Shown: positions 1 to 11,625, numbered from the stretch's first letter. The stretch: 64,000 bases of DNA from Eledone cirrhosa (GCA_964016885.1 OZ024760.1:6944001-7008000), one strand, 5' to 3'. The notes: generated by a model from the sequence alone, not told the origin. A program made the numbers and translations.

Positions 1-120
1 TGCTAAAAGGTTGAGTGAATTGATATCGTTTTGGAGTTTATCTCCTCTTCAGGTCAGAACATAGCTGATTTCTCCCCAGAGAAGAGGAGAGATGGAGTAA
101 GAAAGATATATAGAAGAAGA

Positions 121-295
121 ATCGACTCCAGTACTTGACTGGTAGTTTTTTTTTTTTATCAAACATTAAAGGATGAAAGGCAAAGTTGACTTTGGCAGGA
201 TTTGAACTCTGAAAGAGTGGACAGCTGGAATGAATACTGCAAATCATTCTATCCAATATTCTAACGACTCTCTGCCAATTAGCCTGCTGCCTTAA
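121..295 (-). mobile_element. Degenerate tRNA-derived SINE with Nin/Deu-like central domain
   Basis: Reverse complement reads GAGTTCAAATCC (B-box-like), then GTCAACTTTGCCTTTCATCC. Same family as many other copies in the window. Confidence 0.7.
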
Positions 296-473
296 TGGCA
301 TAGTTAGTCAGGGTCTATTATTATCTTTGGAAATAACCTTGACCCAGGAATGTATTTTCCAGTTCAAGTCACAGTACCTACAGTTGTGTGTCAAATCAAT
401 GTGGAGAGGGGGGGGGGGTGAGAGAGAGAGAGAAAGTGAGAAAGAGAGAAAAGTGAGAGAGAGAGAGGGGGGA

Positions 474-504
<31 letters not shown>

Positions 505-666
505 GTGATATGGCTTCATTGAGCTGAGCCGACAATTGTGTGTGTTTTTTTTCTTTCTATGTTTTTTGGTATAGTTTTTTTTGTTAGGGATGAGGTGGGA
601 TAGGGGTTGTTACTTTATAACCACCACCACCACCACCCCCGTCACTTTATATGATGAAATAGTGGT

Positions 667-2367
667 TTGCATCTCCCCCAGATCGATCCAATAGAGGGAC
701 CAGCAGTGTTAGTTGAAGGTAGTATAATAAGTAAGGCAATCAAAGATATGAAGACGGGTAAGGCGGCTGGGCCTTCGGAAATAGTTGCTGAGATGCTGAA
801 GGCATCTGGTTCGGTGGGACACACCATGGTCACCCGGATAGTTAACCAAGTCGTACAGAATGGGGTTGTTCCGAAGGAATGGCGTAGCAGCATCATCGTT
901 AACTGCTATAAGGGAAAAGGAGATGCCCTAGATAGGAGTAACTATAGAGGCATTAAATTAATCGACCAGGTCATGAAGGTCACGGAAAAAGTAATAGCGC
1001 AACTAATCAGAGAGAGAATTGATCTAGATGAAATGCAGTTCGGGTTTGTGTCAGGCAAAAGTACCACAGACGCTCTTTTCATTGTACGACAACTACAGGA
1101 GAAGTACCTAGCTAAAAGTAAACCCCTATACTTAGCTTTTGTCGACTTGGAGAAAGCCTTCGACAGAGTCCCCCGTTCCATTATCTGGTGGTCTCTTAGA
1201 AAACTAGGTGTTGACGAATGGCTTGTGAGAGCTATACAAGCCATGTATAAAGAAACAGTCAGTAAGGTTAGAATTAACAACGAATATAGTGAAGAGTTTA
1301 GCGTAAAAGTTGGTGTCCATCAGGGCTCTGTACTTAGCCCCCTACTATTTATTATTGCCCTTCAGGCTATAACAGAGGAGTTCAAGACCGGCTGCCCATG
1401 GGAACTCCTATACGCAGATGATCTAACGCTCATAGCTGAATCAATGACCGAACTAGAGAAGAAATTCCAAACGTGGAAGCACGGCCTAGAATCAAAAGGC
1501 CTTAAAATTAACCTGGCTAAGACTAAAGTTCTAGTTTGTAGGAAAGAAAATAAGGCGGCGGTCCCATCGGGGAAATGGCCATGCTCAGTGTGTAGGAAAG
1601 GCGTAGGTAGAAACTCCATTTTATGTCCCAAATGCAAAGTATGGGTGCATAAAAGATGTAGTGGGATCACAGGTAAGCTAACTAAGAACATAGATTTTAC
1701 ATGTGGCCGGTGCTCTGGTGCAATAAGTAGCAGCAAGTGTCCACAAAATACTAGCTCCTTCAACTGCGCAGAGGGTTCTATAGAAATAGTGGATAGCTTC
1801 CGTTATCTGGGTGACAAAATCAGCAGTGGGGGAGGGTGCTCTGAAAGTACAGTAGCTAGAGTCAGAACTGGATGGAAAAAGTTCAGAGAGCTTATACCAC
1901 TATTAGCCGCTAGAGGGTTCTCCCTAAAAATGAAAGGCAGGTTATACGATGCCTGCATACGAACAGCAATGCTGCATGGCAGTGAGACCTGGGCATTGTG
2001 TGCAGAGGATATACGCAGACTAGAGAGGAACGAAGCTTGCATGCTCCGCTGGATGTGCAATAGTAATATACGTGAACGGCAAAGCATAAACGAACTAAGG
2101 AAAAAATTAGAAATAAGAGGGATCAGATGTTGTTTACTCGAGAGAAGGCTACGTTGGTACGGTCACGTGATGCGCATGAAAGACGACAGCTGTATAACAA
2201 AGTGCAGGGCAATAAAGATAGACGGTAGCCACGGAGTAGGCAGACCCAGAAAAACATGGGACGAGCTGATAATTTCCGACCTCACACGCTTACACCTCTC
2301 CAAGACAATGTCACTGGACCGAGACCTTTGGCGGTACTCAGTAATAGAGAAGACCCGCCTTACCTAA
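667..2367 (+). CDS. RTE-clade non-LTR retrotransposon ORF, 5'-truncated (no endonuclease): reverse transcriptase with an embedded PHD-type zinc finger
   Basis: Uninterrupted 566-aa frame with NYRGIKL, QFGF, FVDLEKAFD, GVHQGSVLSP, YADD, FRYLG and the RTE-type RRLRWYGHV...GRPRKTW. The TTG 'start' is just the truncation point. Confidence 0.93.
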   Translation: MHLPQIDPIEGPAVLVEGSIISKAIKDMKTGKAAGPSEIVAEMLKASGSVGHTMVTRIVNQVVQNGVVPKEWRSSIIVNCYKGKGDALDRSNYRGIKLIDQVMKVTEKVIAQLIRERIDLDEMQFGFVSGKSTTDALFIVRQLQEKYLAKSKPLYLAFVDLEKAFDRVPRSIIWWSLRKLGVDEWLVRAIQAMYKETVSKVRINNEYSEEFSVKVGVHQGSVLSPLLFIIALQAITEEFKTGCPWELLYADDLTLIAESMTELEKKFQTWKHGLESKGLKINLAKTKVLVCRKENKAAVPSGKWPCSVCRKGVGRNSILCPKCKVWVHKRCSGITGKLTKNIDFTCGRCSGAISSSKCPQNTSSFNCAEGSIEIVDSFRYLGDKISSGGGCSESTVARVRTGWKKFRELIPLLAARGFSLKMKGRLYDACIRTAMLHGSETWALCAEDIRRLERNEACMLRWMCNSNIRERQSINELRKKLEIRGIRCCLLERRLRWYGHVMRMKDDSCITKCRAIKIDGSHGVGRPRKTWDELIISDLTRLHLSKTMSLDRDLWRYSVIEKTRLT

Positions 2368-2883
2368 ATACAAAGTAAAAACCTACTACAGTCAGTAGGC
2401 ACCTCTATCAAAACACACCCCCGTCCCACCACCTCCACCTCCACCCCACCCACACCGCCCCTTTCAATGTAAAGTTATGTTGGCCCCACAACATCCAGGC
2501 CGAAACAAATGAGATCGTGTAGGTGTCACGACAAAAAACACACAGTCCACGCTGTAAATGTGGCCGTGTAGGCAACACGGTAAAAACCTCCCGGCCCCAC
2601 ACTGTAAATGTGGTTGGTGTTAGGAAGGGCATCCAGCTGTAGAAAACCCGCCAGACAGTCCACGCTGTAATGTGGCCGTGTAGGCAACACGGTAAAAACC
2701 TCCCAGCCCCACACTGTAAATGTGGTTGGTGTTAGGAAGGGCATCCAACTGTAGAAAACCCGCCAGACAGTCCTATGCGAGCAAGACAACCACTCTTGCC
2801 TCAAGTGGGAAAACCCCCGTCCAAACCCATGCAAGCGTGGAACACGGACGCTAAACCTGATGATGATGATGATGATGATGATG
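2368..2883 (+). mobile_element. 3' UTR and (TGA)n tail of the RTE element
   Basis: Follows the stop codon. Contains a duplicated GTTAGGAAGGGCATCC module and ends CCCATGCAAGCGTGGAACACGGACGCTAAACC(TGA)n. A near-copy lies at 6282-6630 (-). Confidence 0.8.
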
Positions 2884-2948
2884 TATATACACACAGACAC
2901 ATACACACACATATATATATATATGTATGTATGTAATATATATATGTG

Positions 2949-3012
<64 letters not shown>

Positions 3013-3016
3013 GTAT

Positions 3017-3053
<37 letters not shown>

Positions 3054-3076
3054 CTTATATATATATATATATATTT

Positions 3077-3705
3077 CATCATCACTGTTTAACAGCTGCT
3101 TATCCATGCTGGCTTGGGTTAGACAAGTTATCCTGTTGTGGACAATGACAGAGTCAGGTGACCATGTTATGCTCTTACAGAGCCGATTATGGCTTGGTTT
3201 GTTCAGCTGGATGCCTTTCCTAGCACCAACCTCATTTACAGTGAGTACTGGGTGTTTTTTGTTGTGTCACCTACATAACCACTTTACAATATGGGCCTGG
3301 GTGCTTTTTGTTGTGACATCAACACGACCACTTTACAATATGAGCTGGGTGCTTTTTGTCGTGACATCAACACGACCACTTTACAGTATGAGCTGGGTGC
3401 TTTTTGTTGTGACATCAACACGACCACTTTACAATATGGGCCTGGGTGCTTTTTGTTGTGACATCAACACGACCACTTTACAGTATGAGCTGGGTGCTTT
3501 TTGTTGTGACATCAACACGACCACTTTACAGTATGAGGTGCGTGCTTTTTGTCATGACATTAACATGACCACTTTACAGTATGAGCTGGGTGCTTTTTGT
3601 TGTATCACCAATACGACCACTTTACAATATGGCCTGGGTGCTTTTTATCGTGGCACAAACACGACCACTGTACAGTGTGGACTGGGCATTTTTTGTCAAG
3701 GCAGC
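3077..3705 (-). repeat. SINE/RTE 3' part with an expanded ~42-bp internal minisatellite
   Basis: About 11 copies of CACTTTACA(A/G)TATG(A/G)GC..GGGTGCTTTTTGTTGTGACATCAACACGAC next to the GGATGCC module and an RTE-type tail. Confidence 0.75.
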
Positions 3706-4059
3706 AAAACATACATATATATATATATAAAATATACATATATACTGTATATATGTGTGTGTATATATGTATATTATCAATTGCTAAGTGGTACAATGTT
3801 GTCATCTATCAGATGATGCTAGCAATGATAGATAAGGCAATTTAACCCTACACTGTGGTCGCTGAATCTGCTAAAAATAGCAGCCAAATCGTTTTTCCCT
3901 CCACATTGAGGTGACTAGGTGTGCTAGTAACAGCAGTCAAATCTCTCTTTTTTCCCACACTGTCTAATATGGTCGATGGAGCTGCTAGAAATAGCAGCCA
4001 AATCTTCTAGATGCTTCTAGGGCACCCAGGGAAGGCACCCCTCTCTTCCTCAAATTAAC

Positions 4060-4190
4060 CAGCCTACAGGCACATGGTCAGAGTAGGCCCACTCACACAG
4101 GCCATTCTCGCCACATTCATACACTTTTTAGCAAATGTACTAGGGGGGGGGGGGGGGGGGGGCAGCACTTCTCTCTCCACCCTCACCTTC
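4060..4190 (-). mobile_element. Old Tx1/L1 ORF2 C-terminal fragment
   Basis: Resembles 11863-11980 (CCTACAGGC...GGCCCA.TCAC...GGCCATTCTCGCCAC). Confidence 0.55.
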
Positions 4191-4194
4191 CTTT

Positions 4195-4995
4195 AATAAT
4201 AATTGCTTCTACTTTAGGCACAAGGCCAGCAATTTTGGGGAGAGGAAAGTATATTAAATCAACCCCCCCCAGTGCATTACTGGTACTTTATTTTATCAAC
4301 CTGGTAAGGATGAAAGGCAAAGATAACCTTGGCAGGATTTGAACACAGAATGTAAAGAGCCGTGACTCTATGCTGCACAGCATGGTGTCTGATGCTCTAC
4401 CGATACTGCTAATCCACCAATAATAATAATTGTTTCTACTTTTGGCACAAGGCCAGCAATTATCCCAGTGTATTACTGGTACTTTTATTTTATCGACCCG
4501 GTAAGGATGAAAGGCAAAGTTAACCTCGGCGGGATTTGAACTCAGAATGGCAAGGGCCGTAACTCTATGCTGGAAAGCATGGCGTCCGACCCTCTACCGA
4601 TACTGCCAATCCACCAATAATAATAATGATTTCTTTATTGGCCACTAGGGCCCACATATAGGGAACAATACAAATAGACAGAGGCTGTGTGTGGGGGGGG
4701 GGGGTTTACAATAAAATCAAGTAAAAAAAACAAATTGACAAAAGGCCAAGGCCAGCAATTTGAAGGAAAGGGGAAAGTTGATTAAATCGACCCCAGTGTA
4801 TTACTGGTACTTTATTTTATCGATCCCCCGTAAGGATGAAAGGCAAAGCTAACCTCGGCAGGATTTGAACTCAGAAGGTAAAGGGCCGTAACTCTGTGCC
4901 GTTAAGCATGCTGTCCGACGTTCTACCGTTTCTGCCCATCCACTGCCCTAATAATAATAATGATGATAATAATAATAATAATAATAATAATAATA
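4195..4995 (-). mobile_element. Cluster of three Nin-domain SINEs
   Basis: Repeated GGCACAAGGCCAGCAAT...TTACTGGTACTTTATTTTATCGACCC..GTAAGGATGAAAGGCAAAG..AACCTCGGC.GGATTTGAAC, separated by (AAT)n. Confidence 0.85.
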
Positions 4996-5466
4996 TGAAT
5001 GATTCATTAAGTGGATGTTTCCGAGTTTAGAACCAGGGCGGGGGGGAGGATGGAGCGGGAGATAGGGACGGAGGGGGAGATGAGGAGGAGGGGAAACCTT
5101 CCTGTTTTAAATCTAAGTAGTTTGACAACTTAACTCAGTTACATTCCACAGATATGTTGTTGTTGTTGTTGTTTCAATAGGTGGGGGGGGGGAGAATCAA
5201 GTGGATTGGAACAGAATTCCAATCTAATGGACCTCAGTCAGTTTCAACGAGGAGTGTTCCAGTTGTTTGATCTATGGCAGTACAGCCTATTCATGAAATT
5301 AACATGTAAGTGGCTGAGCATTCAGTCTGGAACCAGCTGTTAAAACGGCAAGAGCTCAGCCGTCGGGTTGCAACTTTTTATAATATAACCATACTCTACT
5401 ACCCCAAGTATTGAGTAATGGTCTAACCAATTTCAAACTGAATCCATCCTGATATACATATATATA

Positions 5467-5976
5467 CTAGCCAAATTACCCGCACCTTGCTGCGTTTCAC
5501 GCATTTTTTTTGTAAGAAAATGATGATTGATTTTAAATCAGTGATATAATTTATGGGGAAAAACTCTGTATTTCAATATTACTCAATGTAAAAGGTAATG
5601 CATGAAAAATTGGAAAACATTATTTTTTGTAATATATCAAATCAAAATTACATTATTAAATCTTATTCTTATTTTGTTTCTTGTAAATAATTGTTTTCAA
5701 AATATCAATTCAAAACTTTTATGAACAGGCATCATATCTTGTCATTTACCTATGGTTTAAATTTCATATAAATCAAAGGGAACAAATTTTCAGCGGGAGT
5801 TTGTGCCCCCAAGGAACCCTTTGATTAAAATGAAATATACTTATCCAAGTACTCTGGGCAATGTAGTTTCAGAATATATATGGTTATGGGGGTCTATCTC
5901 CAAAACCATAGGAGGAGTTCATGAACAAACAAACAAACAAAAAACAAACAGACAGGAACTACAACTTTATATATGA
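5467..5976 (-). mobile_element. Non-autonomous Helitron (510 bp)
   Basis: Minus strand reads A|TC (5976-5975) ... subterminal CGCA..TGCG hairpin ... CTAG|T (5470-5467), i.e. inserted in AT with no TSD. A partial second copy lies at 59445-59942. Confidence 0.72.
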
Positions 5977-5994
5977 TTGTATCATCATCATCAT

Positions 5995-6283
5995 ACCTGA
6001 TGTACCCCTTCCATACACATGCACACATGTGTGTATCATGACTCGTGCACTGTTCATTTTACTGATGTTTGTGCATTGCCCTATGTACTGTACATGCACT
6101 TTTTTGATGAGTTGTGGTGCACCTGGGCACTGTGCACAATATTTCGTTATTGTTATTATATCATGACTCATACACTGTTTATTTTCCTGACATTTGTACA
6201 TTATTCTATATACTATACATGCACCTTTGATGAGTTGTAGTGCACCTGAGCACTGTACACAATAATTTCATTATTATTATTAT
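5995..6283 (+). mobile_element. CR1-like LINE 3' UTR with tandemly duplicated terminal hairpin and (ATT)n tail
   Basis: GAGTTGT(A/G)GTGCACCTG(A/G)GCACTGT occurs twice. The same tail follows a CR1-type ORF end at 22100-22330, and a near-identical copy lies at 44250-44543 (-). Confidence 0.7.
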
Positions 6284-6630
6284 CATCATCGTTTAACGTC
6301 CATGTTCCACGCTTGCATGGGTTTGGACGGGAGTTTTCCCACTTGAAGCAAGAGTGGTTGTCATTGCTCGCATAGGACTGTCTGGCGGGTTTTCTACAGC
6401 TGGATGCCCTTCCTAACACCAACCACATTTACAGTGTGGGGCTGGGAGGTTTTTACCGTGCTGCCTACACGGCCACATTACAGCGTGGACTGTGTGTTTT
6501 TTTTTGTCGTGACATCTACACGATCTCATTTGTTTCGGCCTGGATGTTGTGGCACCAACATAACTTTACATTGAAAGGGGTGGTGTGGATGGGGTGGGGG
6601 TGGTGGGACGGGGGTGTATTTTGTTAGAGA
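6282..6630 (-). mobile_element. 5'-truncated copy of the RTE 3' UTR seen at 2408-2883
   Basis: Reverse-complement match including CCAGGCCGAAACAAATGAGATCGTGTAG and the tail. Confidence 0.85.
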
Positions 6631-7077
6631 TTGTATGTATAGTATATTTAGCAATATAAAGTAGTGACTATATCACTTACTTATTTTTGCCGAAAATAAG
6701 TAAGTGACATAGTCGCTACTTTAAAACTCATAACGAATGGTCTTCTAAATGTTTTTAATTAAACATACAGTATATTGCCAAATATACTATACATACATTC
6801 ATGTATATATCGCTATTTCAGAGCACCAATATTAATACCTAATATATATACTTGTAGTTTACTTGAAGCATTGTATATAGTACAATGAATTCGAAGTTTG
6901 GAAGCCACACCAATGTGAAATAGACTGATAAACAAACAAGTCGTAAGAAATGAGAAGTGTTTTATACCTTTATTTATATGTCCTGATATTTTGAGATTAA
7001 CATCTCTTCTTCTAAGGCAAATAAAGGAACTGTTCCAGTGTCCGATGTGGTCTCACTATACCATACTGCCGGAAGTA

Positions 7078-7272
7078 GATGAATTCAGTTTGAAACTGGT
7101 TAGACCATTACCTCAACAAAGCACTCAATACTTGGAGTAGTAGAGTATGATTATGTTATAAAAAGTCGGGACCCAACAGCTGAGCTCTTGCTATTTCAGC
7201 AGCTAGTTCCAAACTGAAACTAGCTGCTGAAACAGCAAGAGCTCAGCCGTTGGGTCCTGACACTTTATAAAA
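7078..7272. mobile_element. Short fold-back element (family E, Penelope-like); related copies at 5325-5452 and 45262-45370
   Basis: Inverted arms around 7158-7270 (GAGCTCTTGCT.TTTCAGCAGCTAGTT / AACTAGCTGCTGAAACAGCAAGAGCTC), CTCAATAC terminal motif, abuts (TA)n. Confidence 0.55.
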
Positions 7273-8103
7273 TATATATATATATATTATTAATTAACAT
7301 ATATATATATATATATATATATTAAAGGGTAATTAGTCACTAATATATATATATCAACAGTCGATCGACTTTCGCCAAATCAGACCGAGGAAACAATGTT
7401 TCCATTGGTCTTTCCAATTGCTAATACTATCTATCGGTCACAACTCCAGGTAGAAGGAGCAACGTGAAATGAAGTGTCTTGCTCAAGGACATAACGCATC
7501 ACCCAGTCCAGGAATCAAACTCACAATTGCAAATCCAATTCTCTAACCACTTAGCCATGTGCCTTCACATCATCACCATCATCATCACCATTTAACATCC
7601 ATCTTCCACGCTAGCATGGGTTAGATGGGTTTGTCCCATTTGAGGCAAATTGGGTCGGGTGACCGTGTCTCGCTCGTATAGGACTGTTTCTGGCTGGTTT
7701 TCTACAGCTGGATGCCCTTCCTTAACGCCAACCACAATTACAGTGTGGGCTGGGTGCTTTTTGTCATGACACCTACACAACCACTTTACAGTAGGGCCTT
7801 GGCAGGTGAAGGTCTGGCCCTGACTTAGCACCTAAACACTAACTTTCTTTGTCCAAATATGGTAGGATGTGTGTGTGTGGGGGGGGGGGGGGTTATTTAC
7901 TTATCTATTTAGATTTTTTTAAAGTTGTACGTGGGCTCAAAGAAGTTTGAGAAAACTTGGTGGTACTTATTTTATTGATCTCTTCTTGTCGAACTGCTAT
8001 GTTACAAGTCCTAATCAGTAAACGTAAATACAGCTAGAGGAAAACCACCTTTGCAGGAAATGGTTAATTTTTTTAGGCGGAGGGGTGATTTTTATTTTTT
8101 TTA

Positions 8104-8150
<47 letters not shown>

Positions 8151-8500
8151 GGAGGCACATGGCTTAGTGGTTAGAGCCTTGCAATCGAAAGGTTGTGAGT
8201 TCAATTCTCAGACCAGGTGATGTGTTGTTTCCTTGAGCAAGACACTTTATTTCACATTGCTCCAGTTTACTCAGCTGTAGAAATGAGATGATAGGGACTG
8301 GGGTCCCTATCATTCCACTGCAAAGTGGTCGTGGAGGTGTCACGGCAAAAAAGCACCCAGCACTCACTGTAAATGAGGTTGGTGTTAGGAAGGGCATCCA
8401 GCTGTAGAAATCAAGCCAGAATCAGTTCCCGTCCCACCTTTGCAAGCAGGGAAAAAGTGGACGTAAAATGAAATGATGATGATGATGATGATGATTATTA
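8151..8500 (+). mobile_element. Full-length tRNA-head CORE-like SINE with an RTE-derived tail; further copies at 20071-20408 (-), 40855-41222 (+), 45522-45856 (+)
   Basis: TGGCTTAGTGG (A box), GAGTTCAATTC (B box), CORE-like CCTTGAGCAAGACACTT, and tail CCCGTCCCACC.TTGCAAGCAGGGAAAAGTGGACGTAAAATG..(TGA)n. Confidence 0.85.
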
Positions 8501-8626
8501 TTCTAGTTAGTTCCATTGTTACTGGAACTGAAACAGTGAATCATTCTCAATCAACATTGTTTCGTTGTCTGTCAACTGACATAATGGGATAGAGAGAGAG
8601 ATAGATAGATGGACGGAAAGCTGGAT

Positions 8627-8726
<100 letters not shown>

Positions 8727-8727
8727 G

Positions 8728-8767
<40 letters not shown>

Positions 8768-8794
8768 GAGATAGATAGATGGACGGAAAGCTGG

Positions 8795-8856
<62 letters not shown>

Positions 8857-8902
8857 GTAGATAGATAGATAGATAGATAGAGCGATAGATAGAGAGAGCG
8901 AT

Positions 8903-8951
<49 letters not shown>

Positions 8952-9324
8952 TAGATGGATAGATGAGTAGATAGATAGATAGATGGATAGATAGACAGAC
9001 AAACAGACAGACAGGGGCGAAATAGATTGATAAATAGATAGAGGGATAGAGAGCGAAGGGGTGGGGTGGGGGTGGAGGACTTGATCAATATCCATTGTCA
9101 CAAAATCAAATATGTAGATAAACTACACAAACAATGGCAACAAAAATATTATAGATATATAAAACATCCATTGACAAATATGTGACCCGGTCAAAGTTTT
9201 TTTATTTTTCAATTTTGTTTTATTATTTGTCTTTGTTAGGTCAGCAACGAAAAAACTAAATTCTAGAAGTACTCTATAGTAACTAATTATAAAAATAAAT
9301 ATGACAGTATAAAGCAGGATAACA

Positions 9325-9490
9325 TCCACAAGCTTGGCTGGTCACGTTTGGAAAGCCTGCTGGGTCAATTACAGACGGTAGCTTCTGACAAGACCAGCTG
9401 GAGAAGAAGAAGAAGAAGAAGAAGAAGAAGAAGAAGAAGAAGAAGAAGAAGAAGAAGAAGAAGAAGAAGAAGAAGAAGAAGAAGAAGAAG
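9325..9490 (+). mobile_element. Rex3/Expander-like RTE 3' end running into a long (GAA)n tract
   Basis: AGCTTGGCTGGTCACG...GCTTCTGACAAGACC matches the family at 56700-56915, whose copies end in GAA repeats. Confidence 0.65.
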
Positions 9491-9586
9491 ATTCTGACCC
9501 TTCTGCTGAATAATGGTCTACTAGTTTAAAACTGGTTTAATCCTGAACACTTTCTCTCTCTCTATCTAACTACCTATTACTCTCTG

Positions 9587-9618
<32 letters not shown>

Positions 9619-10031
9619 CATATGTAGAATCGAGACATATCTGAGGACCTTGCGATTTCAGAGTCAGGTTCGATCATTGCCTCGAGCTGGTCGCCAGAAA
9701 AACGATTGTAATATGTCTAATTCGTTGTAATAAATCTTATTCGTCGCACCACTTGATTCTCCGTTTCTTATGTGATATTATACTCTGCTCTGTAAGAGCA
9801 TCGAGTGCTCAAATGGCCTACCGCTTACGGACGCTTTAAGCATCCCACACCAATTATATATATATATATATATGTGTGTGTGTCTGTGTGTGTTTGCGTG
9901 TATATATATATATGTGTGTGTGTGTGTGTGAGTGTATACACACTTTGAAGAAAAAATAGGCATATTTTTGTCTATTATTTCCTCATATTTTGTAATTTAT
10001 ATATATATATATATATATATTTTATAGAAGG

Positions 10032-10080
10032 AGCTTCTACAGGACTAGTACTGTTTCATTCAGATGAAATCTTCAGGAAG

Positions 10081-10082
<2 letters not shown>
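10032..10082 (-). ncRNA. Minimal hammerhead ribozyme motif (family C)
   Basis: Reverse complement: GCTTC-CTGAAGA-TTTCATCTGAAT-GAAAC-AGTACTA-GTC-CTGTA-GAAGC. Confidence 0.55.
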
Positions 10083-10134
<52 letters not shown>

Positions 10135-10138
<4 letters not shown>

Positions 10139-10435
10139 TTTGATCATGCCTTTATTTTTAAATTTATCTCATTCCTTGTATTTTGATCATGCCTTATTTT
10201 TATTTTTATCTTTATTTTTTATTTTTTCATTCGCACCGTTTCCTTTCGCTATATGTCTCTCCACCACTCCCCTACACACCCTTTGAACTCTGTTCCCACA
10301 CACTTCCCACCTGAGGAAGGGCTTATGCCCGAAACGTCGTCCCCCACCAACACCTCACTCTCCAGAGCGTGAAATTAATAAACATTTGTTGTACGTTGTA
10401 CTGCCTCTCTGTTTTGTCCCTGTTCAAATTTTTCC

Positions 10436-10437
<2 letters not shown>
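10135..10437 (+). mobile_element. (TA)n-embedded Penelope-like pLTR element (family B) with a hammerhead at 10309-10340
   Basis: CTGAGGA-A-GGGC-TTAT-GCCC-GAAAC-GTC. A second copy at 63185-63478 (-) has CTGAAGA. Both are flanked by (TA)n. Confidence 0.72.
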
Positions 10438-10496
<59 letters not shown>

Positions 10497-10499
<3 letters not shown>

Positions 10500-10616
10500 A
10501 CAAAGGAATTGTGGTAAGGAATCAGATGGACCATAAGACACCAGAGTACTCGGCTATTTCTTGACAGAAATAGCCGTCGAAACGGCTTGAGCTCTGCCGT
10601 CCGGGTCATACTGTTT

Positions 10617-10620
<4 letters not shown>
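10497..10620. mobile_element. Family D short element in (TA)n
   Basis: Shares ACAAAGGAATTGTGGTAAGGAA and GAAATAGCCGTCGAAACGGCTTGAGCTC with 13587-13826, 60355-60545 and 61172-61368. Confidence 0.7.
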
Positions 10621-10657
<37 letters not shown>

Positions 10658-10798
10658 TCCTGGTGATTTCTTAGGAATGTTCTAGTCATGTAGAAGTCAT
10701 TTCTGTAATAAAATAAATATACCTATACTCTACTAACGTATTGAGTACACTTTTTAAGTGCAGTCACCCCGCCCTCGATATGGTTGGGCAATCAACCA

Positions 10799-10829
<31 letters not shown>

Positions 10830-10830
10830 A

Positions 10831-10980
10831 CGTTATTCCGGGTTGAATCGGAGGTAACCACAGTAAGTAAGGTACTCAATACATAGCAGAGTATAAAAGT
10901 TTTAATATAGATGAGATTCTACAGGACTAGAACTGTTTCATTCATTAGAAATCATCAGTATCCTGCTTGAAATTCTGATT
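10831..10980 (-). mobile_element. Family C hammerhead element in (TA)n
   Basis: Near-identical to 45015-45147. Reverse complement contains CTGATGA-TTTCTAATGAAT-GAAAC..GTC. Confidence 0.65.
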
Positions 10981-11041
10981 ATATATATATATAAATGGAG
11001 AGAGAATAACCCGGATCTATATTAGAAAACCCTAATATAAG

Positions 11042-11099
<58 letters not shown>

Positions 11100-11105
<6 letters not shown>

Positions 11106-11437
11106 CGCGGAATTTTCCTTAGAACCTAACTAATAATTGTTCGGGGAAAACGCAGCATATTCGCGGAGGTCGTAAATATCTTCGGCGATTTTTTTATGGC
11201 TTTTTTCGTGGCAATATATATATATATATTTTAACGCTAAATTATTAATAACAATATACCGTATGCCGGCCTTTTGGACGCCCCCTTTGCATTAGACGCT
11301 CCCTCCTTTTTTTAATTTTTTTATTATAATTTATGTTATGTTTTGACGATTATAGTCATTTTTATGTCCGATATTCGCGGTTTTCCACTCTTCGCAGGTG
11401 CTCTAGGAACGCAACACCCGGAAATACAGGGGTACTA

Positions 11438-11441
<4 letters not shown>
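11100..11441. mobile_element. Tc1/mariner-pogo (Tigger-like) DNA transposon remnant
   Basis: Ends GGGGTACTACTG|TA, a Tigger-type terminus with a TA target. The left end is not resolved. Confidence 0.4.
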
Positions 11442-11486
<45 letters not shown>

Positions 11487-11589
11487 CATATAGATAGATA
11501 TATTTCTTTATTAGCCACAGGGGCACAAAAGAAGGGGACAAATACAAAGGGGGAAGTTTAGATATATATATATATATATAGATATAGAT

Positions 11590-11624
<35 letters not shown>

Positions 11625-11625
11625 T

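Noticed and set aside
8151-8215. tRNA genes at SINE heads
   Set aside because: A/B-box-like motifs run directly into SINE bodies, and I could not build a complete cloverleaf.
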